Assembly (NCBI GenBank): GCA_964496125.1
Contig: CAZBXE010000001.1
Coordinates: forward strand, 35,486 to 99,485
Length of the DNA stretch: 64,000 nt
Reading direction: 5' to 3'
Source of the DNA: an uncultured bacterium
GTDB taxonomy: Bacteria; Chlamydiota; Chlamydiia; Chlamydiales; CAZBXE01
Part shown: piece after piece, positions 47,289 to 57,847 of the stretch
Numbering within the stretch: the first letter of the stretch is position 1
Layout of the letters: each line of letters begins with the position of its first letter
The notes under the pieces: generated by a model
Seen by the model: the letters and a program-made list of their open reading frames with translations, nothing else
Told to the model about the DNA's origin: nothing
Database searches by the model: none
Program-made: the position numbers and the translations under genes

Positions 47289-49451
47289 CTACGAGATCTG
47301 GACCCTTCCTAAGGGTTGGATCCGAATTTCTGGGACGATCTCTTGGTACGAAACGACCGAAACATCAGGAAATTCCATTTCGATCAGCTTACGCACGAAT
47401 CTTCTTACGTTAATGGCCGTTAAAATAATGGGGGGTTGTCCTCCTGGAGGAGGGGGAACTACGGTATTGCGCACCCCTTGCAAGATGAGTTGCACAGAGT
47501 CTGGGTCAAGGGCAAGATAGGAGCCGGCAGAAGTTTGCTTGATGGCCCCTTGGATCATGTCTTCAATTTCAGGATCGAGAATATAGACAGCAAGCACCGA
47601 CTGGCCTTGGGAATACTTGTAGCTGATGTAGCGTTTGAGAGAAGAGCGAATGTATTCAGTCAAAAGAACTGTGTCTTTTTCTGTCTGAGCCCATTCGGCA
47701 AGAGACTCGAGGATGGTGCGGAGGTCTTTAATCGAAACTTGCTCTTGGATGAGGCGTTTAAAGATATCGGTCAGCTTTTGGAGCGGAATCAGACGCGTTA
47801 CTTCCTTCACAAGGTCCGGAAACGATTTTTCCATAAACTCAAGCATTGACTTCACTTCTTGGATACCCACAAATTCGTTCGCGTAGTGACGGAAGAAGTA
47901 GGAAAGGTGTAAGATCATCACTTCGAGAGGGCCCCAGAATTTAATGCCTGCTTTTGTGAGTAGCTCTTGATGTTTTTGATCTACCCAAAGAGAGGGGAGT
48001 CCAAGAGAGTTTTTGTATGTAGTGAAGGGAAGGTTGTAGCGGTTGAGGTTCTCTTGCGATTCGTTTGTCAGAAGGAAGCTTTCAAGCACTTTACCCCGTA
48101 TAATAGGTACTTCGTTCAAATGAATAGAATATTCATCTTTTTCAAGGGTGGGGGAGTCAGTCCTTACGTGGACACCTGGGAAACGGACGCCCAGGTCGTG
48201 GTAGAGGGCCATCCTCATCCGTGGGATCATTTGATCTATAAATTGCTGTCCACGTCCTGATTTTTGGATTTCGGCGCTCATCTGGCTTCCGACTTCAAGA
48301 ATGACCGGCAGCGTCAGGGCGTAGCTATCCACACCCCCACCTGAAACAACACGGTGACCTTTGGTCGGCGTCTGCGTTGCTGTGGTGGAAGAGCCGGGTC
48401 CGACCATTGATTCTGCCCCCCCTGCCATCCGCTGTTTCTGTTCATTACTCCAAAGCATGTAACCAAGCAGGCCGAGGGCAAGGGCAGCTGACATAAAGGG
48501 AGGTGTGGGAAATGCAGGGATAATCGCAAAGCCAAGCATAATAGCAGCTCCCACAAGAAGTGCTTTTGGCTGATTCAATAACTGGCCAGAGATCTCAGCG
48601 CCCAGGTTTGTGTCTGATTTTTCACTGGAGACGCGGGTGGTGACAATACCAGCTGTAATGGAGATCAGAAGAGCTGGAATTTGGGATACCATGCCGTCCC
48701 CGATCGAGAGGAGGGCGTAAAGTTTAGCTGCATCCATGGCCTCCATTCCGTGCATCCCCATCCCGATGGCAAGGCCTCCGATAATGTTAATGAGGATGAT
48801 CACGATACCTGCAATTGCATCTCCCTTCACGAACTTCATTGCACCGTCCATCGCTCCGTAAAGTTGGCTTTCTTTACCGATTAAAAGCCTTTTTTCCCTG
48901 GCTTGGTTGGAGTCTAGGATACCTGCACGCATGTCCGCGTCGATACTCATCTGTTTACCTGGCATCGCGTCTAGAGTGAATCTGGCAGCAACCTCGGCCA
49001 CACGCTCAGCACCCTTGGTGATCACGATAAACTGTACGAGGGTGATGATTAGGAACACAACGCCGCCAACAACGAAGTTGCCACCGACAACGAAGTTTCC
49101 GAAGGAGAAGATGATATCCCCAGCGTTTGCATTCAGAAGGATCTGTTTTGTTGTAGCGATATTGAGGCCGAGACGGTAGAGAGTTGTGATAAGCAGCAGA
49201 GATGGGAAAATCGAGAGCTGAAGTGGGGTAGAGATGTAAACGGCAACAACAAGCAACGTAATCGAGGCAGTCAGGTTAATGGCAATGAGAAAGTCGATCA
49301 CATGGGGGGGGATGGGGACGATCAACATGCTTAAAATGGCAATGATGACAACGACAAGCAGTATATCGCTCGACTTGGAAATGCCTTCCATTGCGTGGTC
49401 ACCGCCAAGTCTTGCTGTAACGCCATCAAGTATAGATTTTAGATAATTCAT
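47289..49451 (-). CDS. cdsV: T3SS export apparatus major subunit CdsV/SctV (LcrD)
   Basis: FHIPEP motif ERVAEVAARFTLDAMPGKQMSIDAD, GAMDGAMKFVKGDAIAG; sits in the chlamydial T3SS cluster. Confidence 0.96.
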   Translation of the reverse strand: MNYLKSILDGVTARLGGDHAMEGISKSSDILLVVVIIAILSMLIVPIPPHVIDFLIAINLTASITLLVVAVYISTPLQLSIFPSLLLITTLYRLGLNIATTKQILLNANAGDIIFSFGNFVVGGNFVVGGVVFLIITLVQFIVITKGAERVAEVAARFTLDAMPGKQMSIDADMRAGILDSNQAREKRLLIGKESQLYGAMDGAMKFVKGDAIAGIVIILINIIGGLAIGMGMHGMEAMDAAKLYALLSIGDGMVSQIPALLISITAGIVTTRVSSEKSDTNLGAEISGQLLNQPKALLVGAAIMLGFAIIPAFPTPPFMSAALALGLLGYMLWSNEQKQRMAGGAESMVGPGSSTTATQTPTKGHRVVSGGGVDSYALTLPVILEVGSQMSAEIQKSGRGQQFIDQMIPRMRMALYHDLGVRFPGVHVRTDSPTLEKDEYSIHLNEVPIIRGKVLESFLLTNESQENLNRYNLPFTTYKNSLGLPSLWVDQKHQELLTKAGIKFWGPLEVMILHLSYFFRHYANEFVGIQEVKSMLEFMEKSFPDLVKEVTRLIPLQKLTDIFKRLIQEQVSIKDLRTILESLAEWAQTEKDTVLLTEYIRSSLKRYISYKYSQGQSVLAVYILDPEIEDMIQGAIKQTSAGSYLALDPDSVQLILQGVRNTVVPPPPGGQPPIILTAINVRRFVRKLIEMEFPDVSVVSYQEIVPEIRIQPLGRVQIS

Positions 49452-50527
49452 GCGTTCGTCTCCATCGCAGTTTCCTCAGATTCTGAAAGGGTAGCAACCC
49501 AGCGAAGGATTTCCGCGATTGCTTCGTAGGTTTCTTCAGGCACATACTCGTACAGCTCTCCATGTTCCCAGAGCTCGTGGGCAAGTGGTACGTTTTGCAT
49601 GACGGGGATGTTGTGTCTTTTTGCGATGGTGATCATTGTTTGTGCCATGGCATCTTGTCCCATGGCGGTGATATAGGGAGCTTGGTCGAGCCCTTTTTCA
49701 TAGGCAAGTGCAATCGCTAGGTGAGTTGGGTTTGTGACCAGAGCTTTTGCTCTTTGCACTCCTGCTGCAGGACCTTCTTGATAGGCGATCTCTTGAGCGA
49801 TTTGTTTTCGTTTGCCCTTGATGTGGGGGTCGCCTTCAGAGTTTTTGTACTCTTGTTTGACTTCAAACTTTTCCATTTTCATTTCTTTGGCAAAGGTCAT
49901 TTTTTGGTAAAGAAAGTCTAGCACTGCGACTATAATAAAGAAAAGACCTACTTTTACTACGACTTGCATGAGGAAAGCATGGAAAAGGATCATCGCACCC
50001 ATAAGGGAGGGCATCGATACAGTTTTGATAAGGACGGGAATGCTGTTGTACATCACGCCGTAAATAAGCCATCCTGCGATCGCAATTTTGAAGACCGATT
50101 TCAAGAGTTCTATGAGGGTCTTCATTTTGAATTTGGCTTTTAAGTTGTCAACAGGGTTAAACTTTTTAATATCGAACTTGAATACCTCGAGCGCAAACAC
50201 AGGGCCAACGGAAAGAAAGGTGATCAGAACTCCAATAAGAGTCACGATCATCAAGATAGGCATGCTGGCAATAAAGATTACGTTAACAGCTTCTGAAAAC
50301 ATTTGTGGAATCGTGGTGTTGAGTCCTTCACCTTGGGTAACCATTCGAAAGGCGTCAAGCAGAAAAACGCTCAATTTTTTGTACATAAAAGGCGCTAGAG
50401 CAACGACGGAAACAACGGAGACGATAAAGGTAAAAGCAGAAGGAAGGTCTTGGGATTTAGCAACTTGCCCCTTCTTTCGCGCATCTCGCAGTTTCTTCGG
50501 CGTGGCTTGCTCTGTTTTTTCGCCCAT
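49448..50527 (-). CDS. cdsU: T3SS export switch protein CdsU/SctU
   Basis: GEKTEQATPKKLRDAR, EGDPHIK, NPTH autocleavage motif. Confidence 0.96.
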   Translation of the reverse strand: MGEKTEQATPKKLRDARKKGQVAKSQDLPSAFTFIVSVVSVVALAPFMYKKLSVFLLDAFRMVTQGEGLNTTIPQMFSEAVNVIFIASMPILMIVTLIGVLITFLSVGPVFALEVFKFDIKKFNPVDNLKAKFKMKTLIELLKSVFKIAIAGWLIYGVMYNSIPVLIKTVSMPSLMGAMILFHAFLMQVVVKVGLFFIIVAVLDFLYQKMTFAKEMKMEKFEVKQEYKNSEGDPHIKGKRKQIAQEIAYQEGPAAGVQRAKALVTNPTHLAIALAYEKGLDQAPYITAMGQDAMAQTMITIAKRHNIPVMQNVPLAHELWEHGELYEYVPEETYEAIAEILRWVATLSESEETAMETNA

Positions 50528-50565
50528 ATGCTAGAAACCTTTTAGTATAAATCCCCTACCCCTAT

Positions 50566-50594
50566 ATTATAAGTCTTCTAGAAGGGGGGGTCAA
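50566..50594 (-). promoter_or_regulatory. sigma66 promoter of the cdsU-cdsV-copN operon
   Basis: TTGACC(50594-89)-17-TATAAT(50571-66); a C7 run spans the -35/spacer. Confidence 0.75.
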
Positions 50595-50650
50595 GGAAAA
50601 TCTACGCAGCCAACACAGAACCATAAAGGCTAAAAAAGTGTAAAAAAAGC

Positions 50651-50679
50651 TTGAGCTTCCCCTTTTTTTTAGGTACCAT
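50651..50679 (+). promoter_or_regulatory. promoter of ychF
   Basis: TTGAGC-17-TACCAT, 12 nt before the ATG; no SD. Confidence 0.55.
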
Positions 50680-50691
50680 ATTTTCTAAATT

Positions 50692-51792
50692 ATGGGTAAT
50701 TTATCTTGTGGTATCGTAGGTCTCCCAAACGTCGGGAAATCTACCCTTTTTAACTCCTTGATTGCCAAGATGGCAGCGGAAGCGTCTAACTATCCTTTCT
50801 GCACGATTGAGCCGAATGTTGGGGTTGTAGAGGTATACGATCCGCGCCTGGAGGTGCTATCTAAGATTTCGGGTAGCCACAAGATCATCTACGCGACGAT
50901 GGAATTCCACGATATCGCCGGTCTTGTAAAAGGCGCCTCCCAAGGAGAGGGACTCGGAAATAAATTTCTTGCCAACATAAGGCAGGCAGACGCGATCATC
51001 CATGTTGTCCGTTGCTTTGAGTCCGAAGATATTATCCACGTCGCGGGCCAGGTCGACCCCATTAAGGATATTGAGGTAATCAACCTAGAACTCATTTTGG
51101 CTGACCTTCAGATGGCGGATAACATTTATGGCAGAATTGAGAAACAGGTCAAAGCCAGGAAAGAGCTGGTACCAGAATTGGCTTTTATCGGACGAATCAG
51201 GGAGCAGCTAAATAACGGACTTCCGGTCCGTGCCCTTGAAATGACCGAAGAAGAGAAAAGGTTTTTGGTTCTCTACCCTTTCCTCACAAGCAAAAAAGTG
51301 CTTTACTTAGCCAATGTCGCAGAAAAAGATTTGCCCGAATATGACAATCCATGGGTGCGCCAAGTAATTGCGTATGCGGAAAAAGAGGGTAACCGCGCGA
51401 TCCCTTTTTGTGCAAAAATTGAAGAAGAGATAGCTCAGCTTCCTAAGGCGGAACAAAAAGACTTTCTTGAGTCTGTAGGGCTTACAGAGTCTGGCTTAAA
51501 TCGCCTTGTAAGAACGTCTTTTGAAATGCTAGGTCTGATCTCCTACCTCACAACGGGGGAGATGGAGACAAGAGCATGGCCAATCCGCAGGGGAATGAAT
51601 GCGATGCAGGCAGCAGGAGAAATCCACACGGATCTTCAGAAGGGCTTTATTCGTGCCGAAGTTGTCTCTTACACGGACATGGTGGCCTACCAAGGCCGAA
51701 CAGGCGCAAAAGAAGTAGGCAAGATGCGCTCTGAGGGGCGCGACTACATCGTCCAAGATGGGGACGTTATCCTCTTCCTCCATAAGTCTTAA
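50692..51792 (+). CDS. ychF: redox-regulated ATPase YchF (Obg family)
   Basis: GLPNVGKST, NYPFCTIEPN, DIAGLV, TGS domain IHTDLQKGFIRAE. Confidence 0.97.
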   Translation: MGNLSCGIVGLPNVGKSTLFNSLIAKMAAEASNYPFCTIEPNVGVVEVYDPRLEVLSKISGSHKIIYATMEFHDIAGLVKGASQGEGLGNKFLANIRQADAIIHVVRCFESEDIIHVAGQVDPIKDIEVINLELILADLQMADNIYGRIEKQVKARKELVPELAFIGRIREQLNNGLPVRALEMTEEEKRFLVLYPFLTSKKVLYLANVAEKDLPEYDNPWVRQVIAYAEKEGNRAIPFCAKIEEEIAQLPKAEQKDFLESVGLTESGLNRLVRTSFEMLGLISYLTTGEMETRAWPIRRGMNAMQAAGEIHTDLQKGFIRAEVVSYTDMVAYQGRTGAKEVGKMRSEGRDYIVQDGDVILFLHKS

Positions 51793-51820
51793 TTTCTCTT
51801 CATTTGTCTATAAATCGCTT

Positions 51821-53332
51821 ATGAATTACAACAGGCTTATGAAGTGGCCTATTGTTCTTCCTAAACATCTTGCTTACTTGTTGGAGCTGGAAGCACCAGA
51901 GCTCATCTTAAGTACTCTTCTTGCCCATACCACGGCTGACGTTGTCGATTTTTATGAATATGCCTCCGAAGATGAAACATGGACCCAGCAAAATGGACAG
52001 GCGATGGGCGCAATTTTTGCCTGGCTTGAAAAAGAGTTTTTAAACGGCAGGCTGAAGGGCGACTTTCCAAGACGTGTTGTGCAAGCGACACAGCCCCACT
52101 ATTACGTGATTAAACCCAATATCCAAGATGATATTTGGTTTGTCATGAAAGGGGGTGAAAAAATAGGGGGAAATTCATTTATTCTAAGCATGAGCGGCGA
52201 GTTTTTTGAAGGGATTATCCTGCGAGAAAAGCAGAGGGTTGTTGAGCTTAGAGACATAGAAGCAAAGCTCTTTTCGAGTGTGATCGAATTTGTCTGCTCA
52301 GGGACGATTGTGAATCTCTGGCGTGAAGAACCCGCTTTTGTTTTAGAGCTCATCCGGTTGGCACAAAAAATAGGCCTTTTGAATCTGGCAAGCTTTGCCG
52401 TGCTAACTTATAAGAATTACATAGATAAAGGAAACGTCCACAACACACTTCTTCTTGCACAAAATGAGCATCTTACGGAGCTAAAGGCAATATGTCTTTC
52501 GATCATTGCTAGCTTTTATAAGGGGCTTAGATTTGAGTTTACAAATCCAGAAGAGATACGAGTGACCCTCTCTGCCCTTACAGAAGAGGAAACTGCTGTC
52601 TTGGAGGCGCTGGCACCCTACATTACCTTCATGAAGCTCGAAAAGTCTGTTGCCCACGATGAGGGGGTGTACAAAATATTAAAATCTTGCAGCAAAATTA
52701 GGGGTCTTGATCTGTCTTACTCGTATGAGAACCCTTTAAACCTGTTTCCAGACAACCTTCGGGATATTAGTTTTCTGGATTTGAGCGCTTGTGACTGGTT
52801 AGATGACGAGGCGTTTAGGCAAGTAGCGCAATTTTTTCCCAAGGTTGAACAGCTTGTTATGAAAGAGATGCTCAAAGTAACTTTTGGGGGCTTTGGTGAG
52901 CTGATCCATTGGAAACGGTTGGAAGTACTGGATCTAGCAGAATGCGGGAGGCTTACGGATGCAGAGGTAGAGGTGATTGGAGTTTCCTCGCCTGGGCTTA
53001 GGGAGCTTTCTCTTGATGGCTGTTTTCATGTAAGTGGCAATGCCCTCTTGTCGATGATGTCCTCCCTGACAAGACTTTCCTCCCTGAATATAGCAAGGCT
53101 TCCTTTGATCTCCGCGCTCGAATTTGGGGAGCTTGCCGTTCTTTGTAACGGCTTAGAGGAGATCAATGTTTCGAGTTGTCCTGGGTTTACGGGAGAGGCT
53201 CTTGAGGCGTTTGGGGACTGTTGTAGCTATCTCAAGCAGATCCAACTTGAGGGCACCGCTGTAACAGATGATGAGCTTGATCGATTTCAACATGATCATC
53301 CCCAAATCCAGATCTACACCCGAATGAACTGA
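51821..53332 (+). CDS. eukaryote-like BTB/POZ + cysteine-containing LRR protein (candidate ubiquitin-ligase adaptor effector)
   Basis: DDIWFVMKGGEKI..SFILSMSGEFF...ELRDIEAKLFSSVIEFVCSG (BTB); repeats LDLSACDWLDD, LDLAECGRLTD, LSLDGCFHVSG, INVSSCPGFTG (LRR_CC); ATG 51821 or 51839. Confidence 0.75.
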   Translation: MNYNRLMKWPIVLPKHLAYLLELEAPELILSTLLAHTTADVVDFYEYASEDETWTQQNGQAMGAIFAWLEKEFLNGRLKGDFPRRVVQATQPHYYVIKPNIQDDIWFVMKGGEKIGGNSFILSMSGEFFEGIILREKQRVVELRDIEAKLFSSVIEFVCSGTIVNLWREEPAFVLELIRLAQKIGLLNLASFAVLTYKNYIDKGNVHNTLLLAQNEHLTELKAICLSIIASFYKGLRFEFTNPEEIRVTLSALTEEETAVLEALAPYITFMKLEKSVAHDEGVYKILKSCSKIRGLDLSYSYENPLNLFPDNLRDISFLDLSACDWLDDEAFRQVAQFFPKVEQLVMKEMLKVTFGGFGELIHWKRLEVLDLAECGRLTDAEVEVIGVSSPGLRELSLDGCFHVSGNALLSMMSSLTRLSSLNIARLPLISALEFGELAVLCNGLEEINVSSCPGFTGEALEAFGDCCSYLKQIQLEGTAVTDDELDRFQHDHPQIQIYTRMN

Positions 53333-53368
53333 AAAGCTGCGAATATGCCAAGGAGGGTATAATCTGTT

Positions 53369-54274
53369 TTAGAGGCTGCTGATATCTTTTTGGATTTGGG
53401 CTTTTAAGGCATCAAGCGATGGAAACTTCATCTCAGGGCGGATAAATTTATGAAAAAAAACTTCCGCTTGCTCGCTAAGCAGCGGCAACGCAGGCGGTTC
53501 CAGGAGATGAACCTCTAATAAGGGGGTTTGATCGTGCCTTACAGTTGGCGCGATTCCAAGGTTAGCAATTGCTTTATACATCTTGCCTCGCCAAAGAAAA
53601 CCAACAGAGTAGACGCCCAAGGGGGGTAAAATAAGAGAGTCAACAGGAAAGTTTGCTGTATGACAATTCAGCTTTTCCCCAAGCCCTGCGCCTTTTACCA
53701 CGTGGGAGTAGATAGAGTAGGGTCGCCCTAAAAAAAGGCTTGCTTTTGCAAAGTCGCCTTCAGCAATTGCATGCTTGATTTTTGAGCTTGAAATGGTAAC
53801 GCCTTCTAGGGAAAAGGGCGCAAGATAGAGCACTTCAAATCCAAGCTCCTTCCCATAGGCGCCAACCTTTTCCTTCGTACCCTCCCGGTTTTTCCCAAGC
53901 ACTGCATCGTGGCCTAAAACAAGTTCTGAAAAGTTTGCTTTTTTGAAGAGCATCTTCAAAAAGTCCTCTGCCGCCAGTTCTGAAAACTCTTTTGTAAAAG
54001 GCAGGAGAAGGACGATGTCAATACCAAGCTTTTCCAAAAGGTGAAGCTTGTGCTCTAGTGTGCAGATCATCCGGAGGGTTTTTTCTGGCGTGATTATAGA
54101 GAGGGGGTGATTGGAGAATGTGATCGCTATACTTTTCGTTTTTTTTTGACTGGCCCTGGAGGTGACTTCTTTGAGGACTGTTTGATGGCCGCCGTGCACT
54201 CCATCAAAGTTTCCGATCGTTATGACAGATCCAGGAAGCAGTGGTAGAGAAACAAGCGAGTCTATAATGTGCAT
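53369..54274 (-). CDS. ribF: bifunctional riboflavin kinase/FAD synthetase
   Basis: IGNFDGVHGGH, ISSSKIK, NLGIAPT, EVHLL, IRPEMKF; ATG 54274. Confidence 0.95.
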   Translation of the reverse strand: MHIIDSLVSLPLLPGSVITIGNFDGVHGGHQTVLKEVTSRASQKKTKSIAITFSNHPLSIITPEKTLRMICTLEHKLHLLEKLGIDIVLLLPFTKEFSELAAEDFLKMLFKKANFSELVLGHDAVLGKNREGTKEKVGAYGKELGFEVLYLAPFSLEGVTISSSKIKHAIAEGDFAKASLFLGRPYSIYSHVVKGAGLGEKLNCHTANFPVDSLILPPLGVYSVGFLWRGKMYKAIANLGIAPTVRHDQTPLLEVHLLEPPALPLLSEQAEVFFHKFIRPEMKFPSLDALKAQIQKDISSL

Positions 54275-54945
54275 TGGATGGGCAGGACCTCTTTGGGATC
54301 GTTGATTTTTTCCCCGGCTATGCACTGTGTGAGACAGAACTTGCCGCTTCTTGTTCGAGTAAGTTCGGTAAGATGGGCAAAACTACCAAGCATTATCCCT
54401 AGATCATGCGCAATGCTGCGGATATAGGTGCCTTTAGAGCACTGGATGCGAAGTTTTGCAGTGGGAAAGGAAAAGCTAAGGAGGGTACAGTTGACTGTTA
54501 CTTTAACAGGGGCTCTTGGAACTTCTTTGCCTTGGCGTGCGAGATCATAAAGCTTTTGTCCTCCCACTTTTTTTGCAGAATACATTGGAGGCACTTGCAT
54601 GATTTCACCTTGAAACTTTGCAAGAGCAGCCTGCAACTCATCTAAGGAGACCTGTTTTTGGCTTTCTGCGGTGATGTTTCCTTCGCAGTCGTAGCTATCG
54701 GTTGCTTTGCCAAAGAGAAGTGTTGCTTCGTATTCTTTATCTTGCGTGAGGAAGGTGTCTGAGAGTTTCGTATAGTTTCTCCCAATCAAAAGGATCATCA
54801 CTCCTGTAGCAAAAGGATCGAGCGTGCCTGAGTGACCGATTTTTTTGACACCGAGTCTTCTTCTGAGGTCTCTTATGAGACTGAAGGAGGTTTTTCCCTT
54901 GGGTTTATCGACGAGGAGATAGCCTTCAGTTACTTGGCCCTGCAT
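54262..54945 (-). CDS. truB: tRNA pseudouridine(55) synthase
   Basis: VDKPKG, GHSGTLDPFATG, VPPMYSAKK, SKGTYIRS; ATG 54945 after GGAGG. Confidence 0.96.
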   Translation of the reverse strand: MQGQVTEGYLLVDKPKGKTSFSLIRDLRRRLGVKKIGHSGTLDPFATGVMILLIGRNYTKLSDTFLTQDKEYEATLLFGKATDSYDCEGNITAESQKQVSLDELQAALAKFQGEIMQVPPMYSAKKVGGQKLYDLARQGKEVPRAPVKVTVNCTLLSFSFPTAKLRIQCSKGTYIRSIAHDLGIMLGSFAHLTELTRTRSGKFCLTQCIAGEKINDPKEVLPIQCTL

Positions 54946-55324
54946 CTTTTTCCTCCTGAGATACACCTCTTTCTCTTTCTTCTGCGTGAATCTTATGCAG
55001 AAGATCTTCAATCCGCATCTGTTTGTCAACGCTGTCATCGATAAAGAACTCAAGTGTGGGGAAAAAGCGCATTACGACTTTTTTTGAGGTTTTTCTTGCG
55101 ATTTGGCCTGCTAGTTTAGTGAGCAGAAGGATGGTCTCCTCCCTCTCTTTGTCCGTTCCAATGACGCTTACATACACTTTTGCATGCTGCAGGTCTTTGG
55201 AAATATCAACCCGTGTGATTGTACTGAGTGGATTGATCGGTTCATGAGGAAAATCGCGACGGATCACCTCAGAAATCACCTCTTTTAGAAGAGAATTGAG
55301 ACGGAGAGTTCTGCTTACAGTCAC
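54926..55324 (-). CDS. rbfA: ribosome-binding factor A
   Basis: [35 protein letters not shown]. Confidence 0.94.
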   Translation of the reverse strand: MTVSRTLRLNSLLKEVISEVIRRDFPHEPINPLSTITRVDISKDLQHAKVYVSVIGTDKEREETILLLTKLAGQIARKTSKKVVMRFFPTLEFFIDDSVDKQMRIEDLLHKIHAEERERGVSQEEKDAGPSN

Positions 55325-57846
55325 AGGTCTTGCTCTTTGTATAGAATTTCATAAGCTTGGATGATGTCTCCCTCTTGGATGTCATTGCAGCTTCCCAGTA
55401 CTATCCCGCACTCAAGGCCCTTTGTTACTTCCTTCACTTCGTCTTTTAAGCGTCGAATAGAGGTGATATGCCCTTGCCAGATCTGTGCCTTATTGCGTAG
55501 TAGCCTTGCATGGTAGTTTCTGTGGATCGATCCTTCAGTCACAATGCATCCTGCAATCTGTCCTACCTGAGAGGATTTAAAGACTTGCCTTACTTCTGCA
55601 TGACCTCTTACCTCTTCGTAGGCGATCTTATCGAGTAGGGATTTCATGATGAGTTTTACATCATCGATCGCGTGATAGATAATATCGTGAGTTTTTACGA
55701 CGACTCCGTATTGCTTAGTGATGGCGTCGGCATGGCTTTCAACTCCCGTGTGAAATCCCAGGACCATGGCCTTTGATGCGGAGGCAAGTTGGATGTCAGA
55801 CTCTGTCACTTCACCAACGCCTCCAAAGATGATGTTGAGGTTCACTTTATCAGACTTGATCTTCATAAGAGCTACTTTCAGGGCTTCAAGCGACCCTTGG
55901 ACGTCAGCGCGGAGGATGATGTTGAGAATCTTTTTCTCTGCATCTTTTGCTTTTTGCATCATGTTTTCCATCGACATTCTCATGCCTTGGAGCCTCTTTT
56001 GTTGGAACTCAAGGGCTCTTACAGATGCAATTTCTTTGGCTTCTTTTTCATTTTTTACAACGATAAACTCTTCGCCTGCTTCAGGGAGGGCTGATAGGCC
56101 CGTGATTTCAACAGGAGTAGATGGTGGAGCCTCTTTTAACGTTTTACCATGCTCGTCGTGCATGGTTTTTACCTTACCAAAATGGGTCGTGAAGACTAGA
56201 GAATCTCCAACGCGCAGTGTTCCGTTTTGTACAAGGACAGAAGCTACGCCTCCAAGCCCCTTATGCATTTCAGATTCGATTACAGTACCTCTGGCACGTG
56301 AGGCCGGGCTCGCTTTAAGTTCCAAAATCTCAGCTTGGAGTGCTAACATCTCGAGGAGGCTTTGGACGCCCTCTCCCGTAACTGCGGAGCATCTTACTGT
56401 GATGATCGTACCGCCCCAGGCTTCTGGAAGAAGGTTCGCATCAGCAAGTTGTCTGTAGACGAGGTCTGGATCGTAGTTTGGTTTATCGCATTTATTGATA
56501 GCGACCACAATGGTAACACCCGCTGCTTTTGCGTGGTTGATGGCTTCTAGCGATTGGACTCTTATCCCTTCATCTCCTGCTACAACAAGGACGACGATAT
56601 CCGTCACATCCGCACCTCTTGCTCGCATCGCTGAGAAGGCTTCGTGGCCGGGGGTGTCTAGGATAGTGATGTCCCCAACAGGTGTATGACACTTGAAAGC
56701 GCCGATATGCTGGGTGATGTCTCCTGCTTCACCTGCTGCGCGATTGCTTTTTCGTATGGAGTCAATTAAGCTTGTCTTACCGTGGTCTACGTGGCCCATG
56801 AAGGCAACCACGGGAGCCCTTAGAGTCAGTTCGCTGAGAGGAGCTTCTGTAATTTCTTCTTTGATTGACTTGCTTGTGATCTGTACGCGTTTCTCTTCTG
56901 TAGTGTCGACTGTGATTTCACATTCAAAGTCGTGACCGATAAGCTGAACGGTTGTCTCATCATCGAGGTAGTCGTTCAGTGTAACAGCTGTACCTTGCAA
57001 AAAGAGCTTTTGGATAATTTCGCTTGCTTTTCTCTTGAGCTCTGCTGCAAGGTCTTTAACAGTAATAGGAAGTCGAATTCGAAGGGATGTTGGACGAGTG
57101 GTGAGCTCTTCTGCGTAGTCATGGGGCCCTTTCCGTCCTCCCTTACGTCTTCTTGCTCTTTTGAACTCATCGTCTTGTTCACGGAGTCCGCGACTGTCGC
57201 GGGAGTCAAATCTGCTGGCGTCTTGTTTTCTTGCTGGTTTTACGTCTTTGAACTCTTTAAACTTCGCAGGTTTTGCCCCTCTCTGCTTGTCTTGCTCATC
57301 CTGTTCTTCTTTGGTTTCTACAACAGGTTGTGTTTTTTGTTCCCTTTCTGGTGTTGGGCGTGCTTCGGCTGTTTTTGCCAGGGGTTTTGCCTCTCTTTTG
57401 GGTTTGAGAAGATCGTCTACGTGTCTACCTGTTGGCCCTAGAACTACACGAGTTGGAAGGGGAGCTGAAGGGGGAGCTGGATCATGTTTGGGTGGAGGTG
57501 TTGCGGTGATGGGCTCTATTCCCATAACACTTGCGTTTTCTTTTTGCTTTGCCTCTTCCACAATAGGTTTGCGTACATGCTGCTCTTTGCTATCCTCATT
57601 AAAGGCGGACTTTGTCCTCGCCTTGCGGCGAGGAGCCTCTTCACCAAGTTGTTCTTGCGGCACTTCGTGAGCAGGTTCTTTTTTATGGGCTTTTTCGGCA
57701 CTTTTTTTCTCGCTTGTGTGCGGGACAGTTTCAGCCGGTTCCCCATCTGCTTTTTTTTGTGCTAGCTTGCTCTTTAAGTCATTAAGATTTAGAGCTTGCG
57801 CGATTTGAGTGTTTTTTATGTTCAACTTGATGTCTTTTTTTGCCAA
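55321..57846 (-). CDS. infB: translation initiation factor IF-2
   Basis: [24 protein letters not shown] 57846 just after the nusA stop. Confidence 0.97.
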   Translation of the reverse strand: MAKKDIKLNIKNTQIAQALNLNDLKSKLAQKKADGEPAETVPHTSEKKSAEKAHKKEPAHEVPQEQLGEEAPRRKARTKSAFNEDSKEQHVRKPIVEEAKQKENASVMGIEPITATPPPKHDPAPPSAPLPTRVVLGPTGRHVDDLLKPKREAKPLAKTAEARPTPEREQKTQPVVETKEEQDEQDKQRGAKPAKFKEFKDVKPARKQDASRFDSRDSRGLREQDDEFKRARRRKGGRKGPHDYAEELTTRPTSLRIRLPITVKDLAAELKRKASEIIQKLFLQGTAVTLNDYLDDETTVQLIGHDFECEITVDTTEEKRVQITSKSIKEEITEAPLSELTLRAPVVAFMGHVDHGKTSLIDSIRKSNRAAGEAGDITQHIGAFKCHTPVGDITILDTPGHEAFSAMRARGADVTDIVVLVVAGDEGIRVQSLEAINHAKAAGVTIVVAINKCDKPNYDPDLVYRQLADANLLPEAWGGTIITVRCSAVTGEGVQSLLEMLALQAEILELKASPASRARGTVIESEMHKGLGGVASVLVQNGTLRVGDSLVFTTHFGKVKTMHDEHGKTLKEAPPSTPVEITGLSALPEAGEEFIVVKNEKEAKEIASVRALEFQQKRLQGMRMSMENMMQKAKDAEKKILNIILRADVQGSLEALKVALMKIKSDKVNLNIIFGGVGEVTESDIQLASASKAMVLGFHTGVESHADAITKQYGVVVKTHDIIYHAIDDVKLIMKSLLDKIAYEEVRGHAEVRQVFKSSQVGQIAGCIVTEGSIHRNYHARLLRNKAQIWQGHITSIRRLKDEVKEVTKGLECGIVLGSCNDIQEGDIIQAYEILYKEQDL

Positions 57847-57847
57847 C

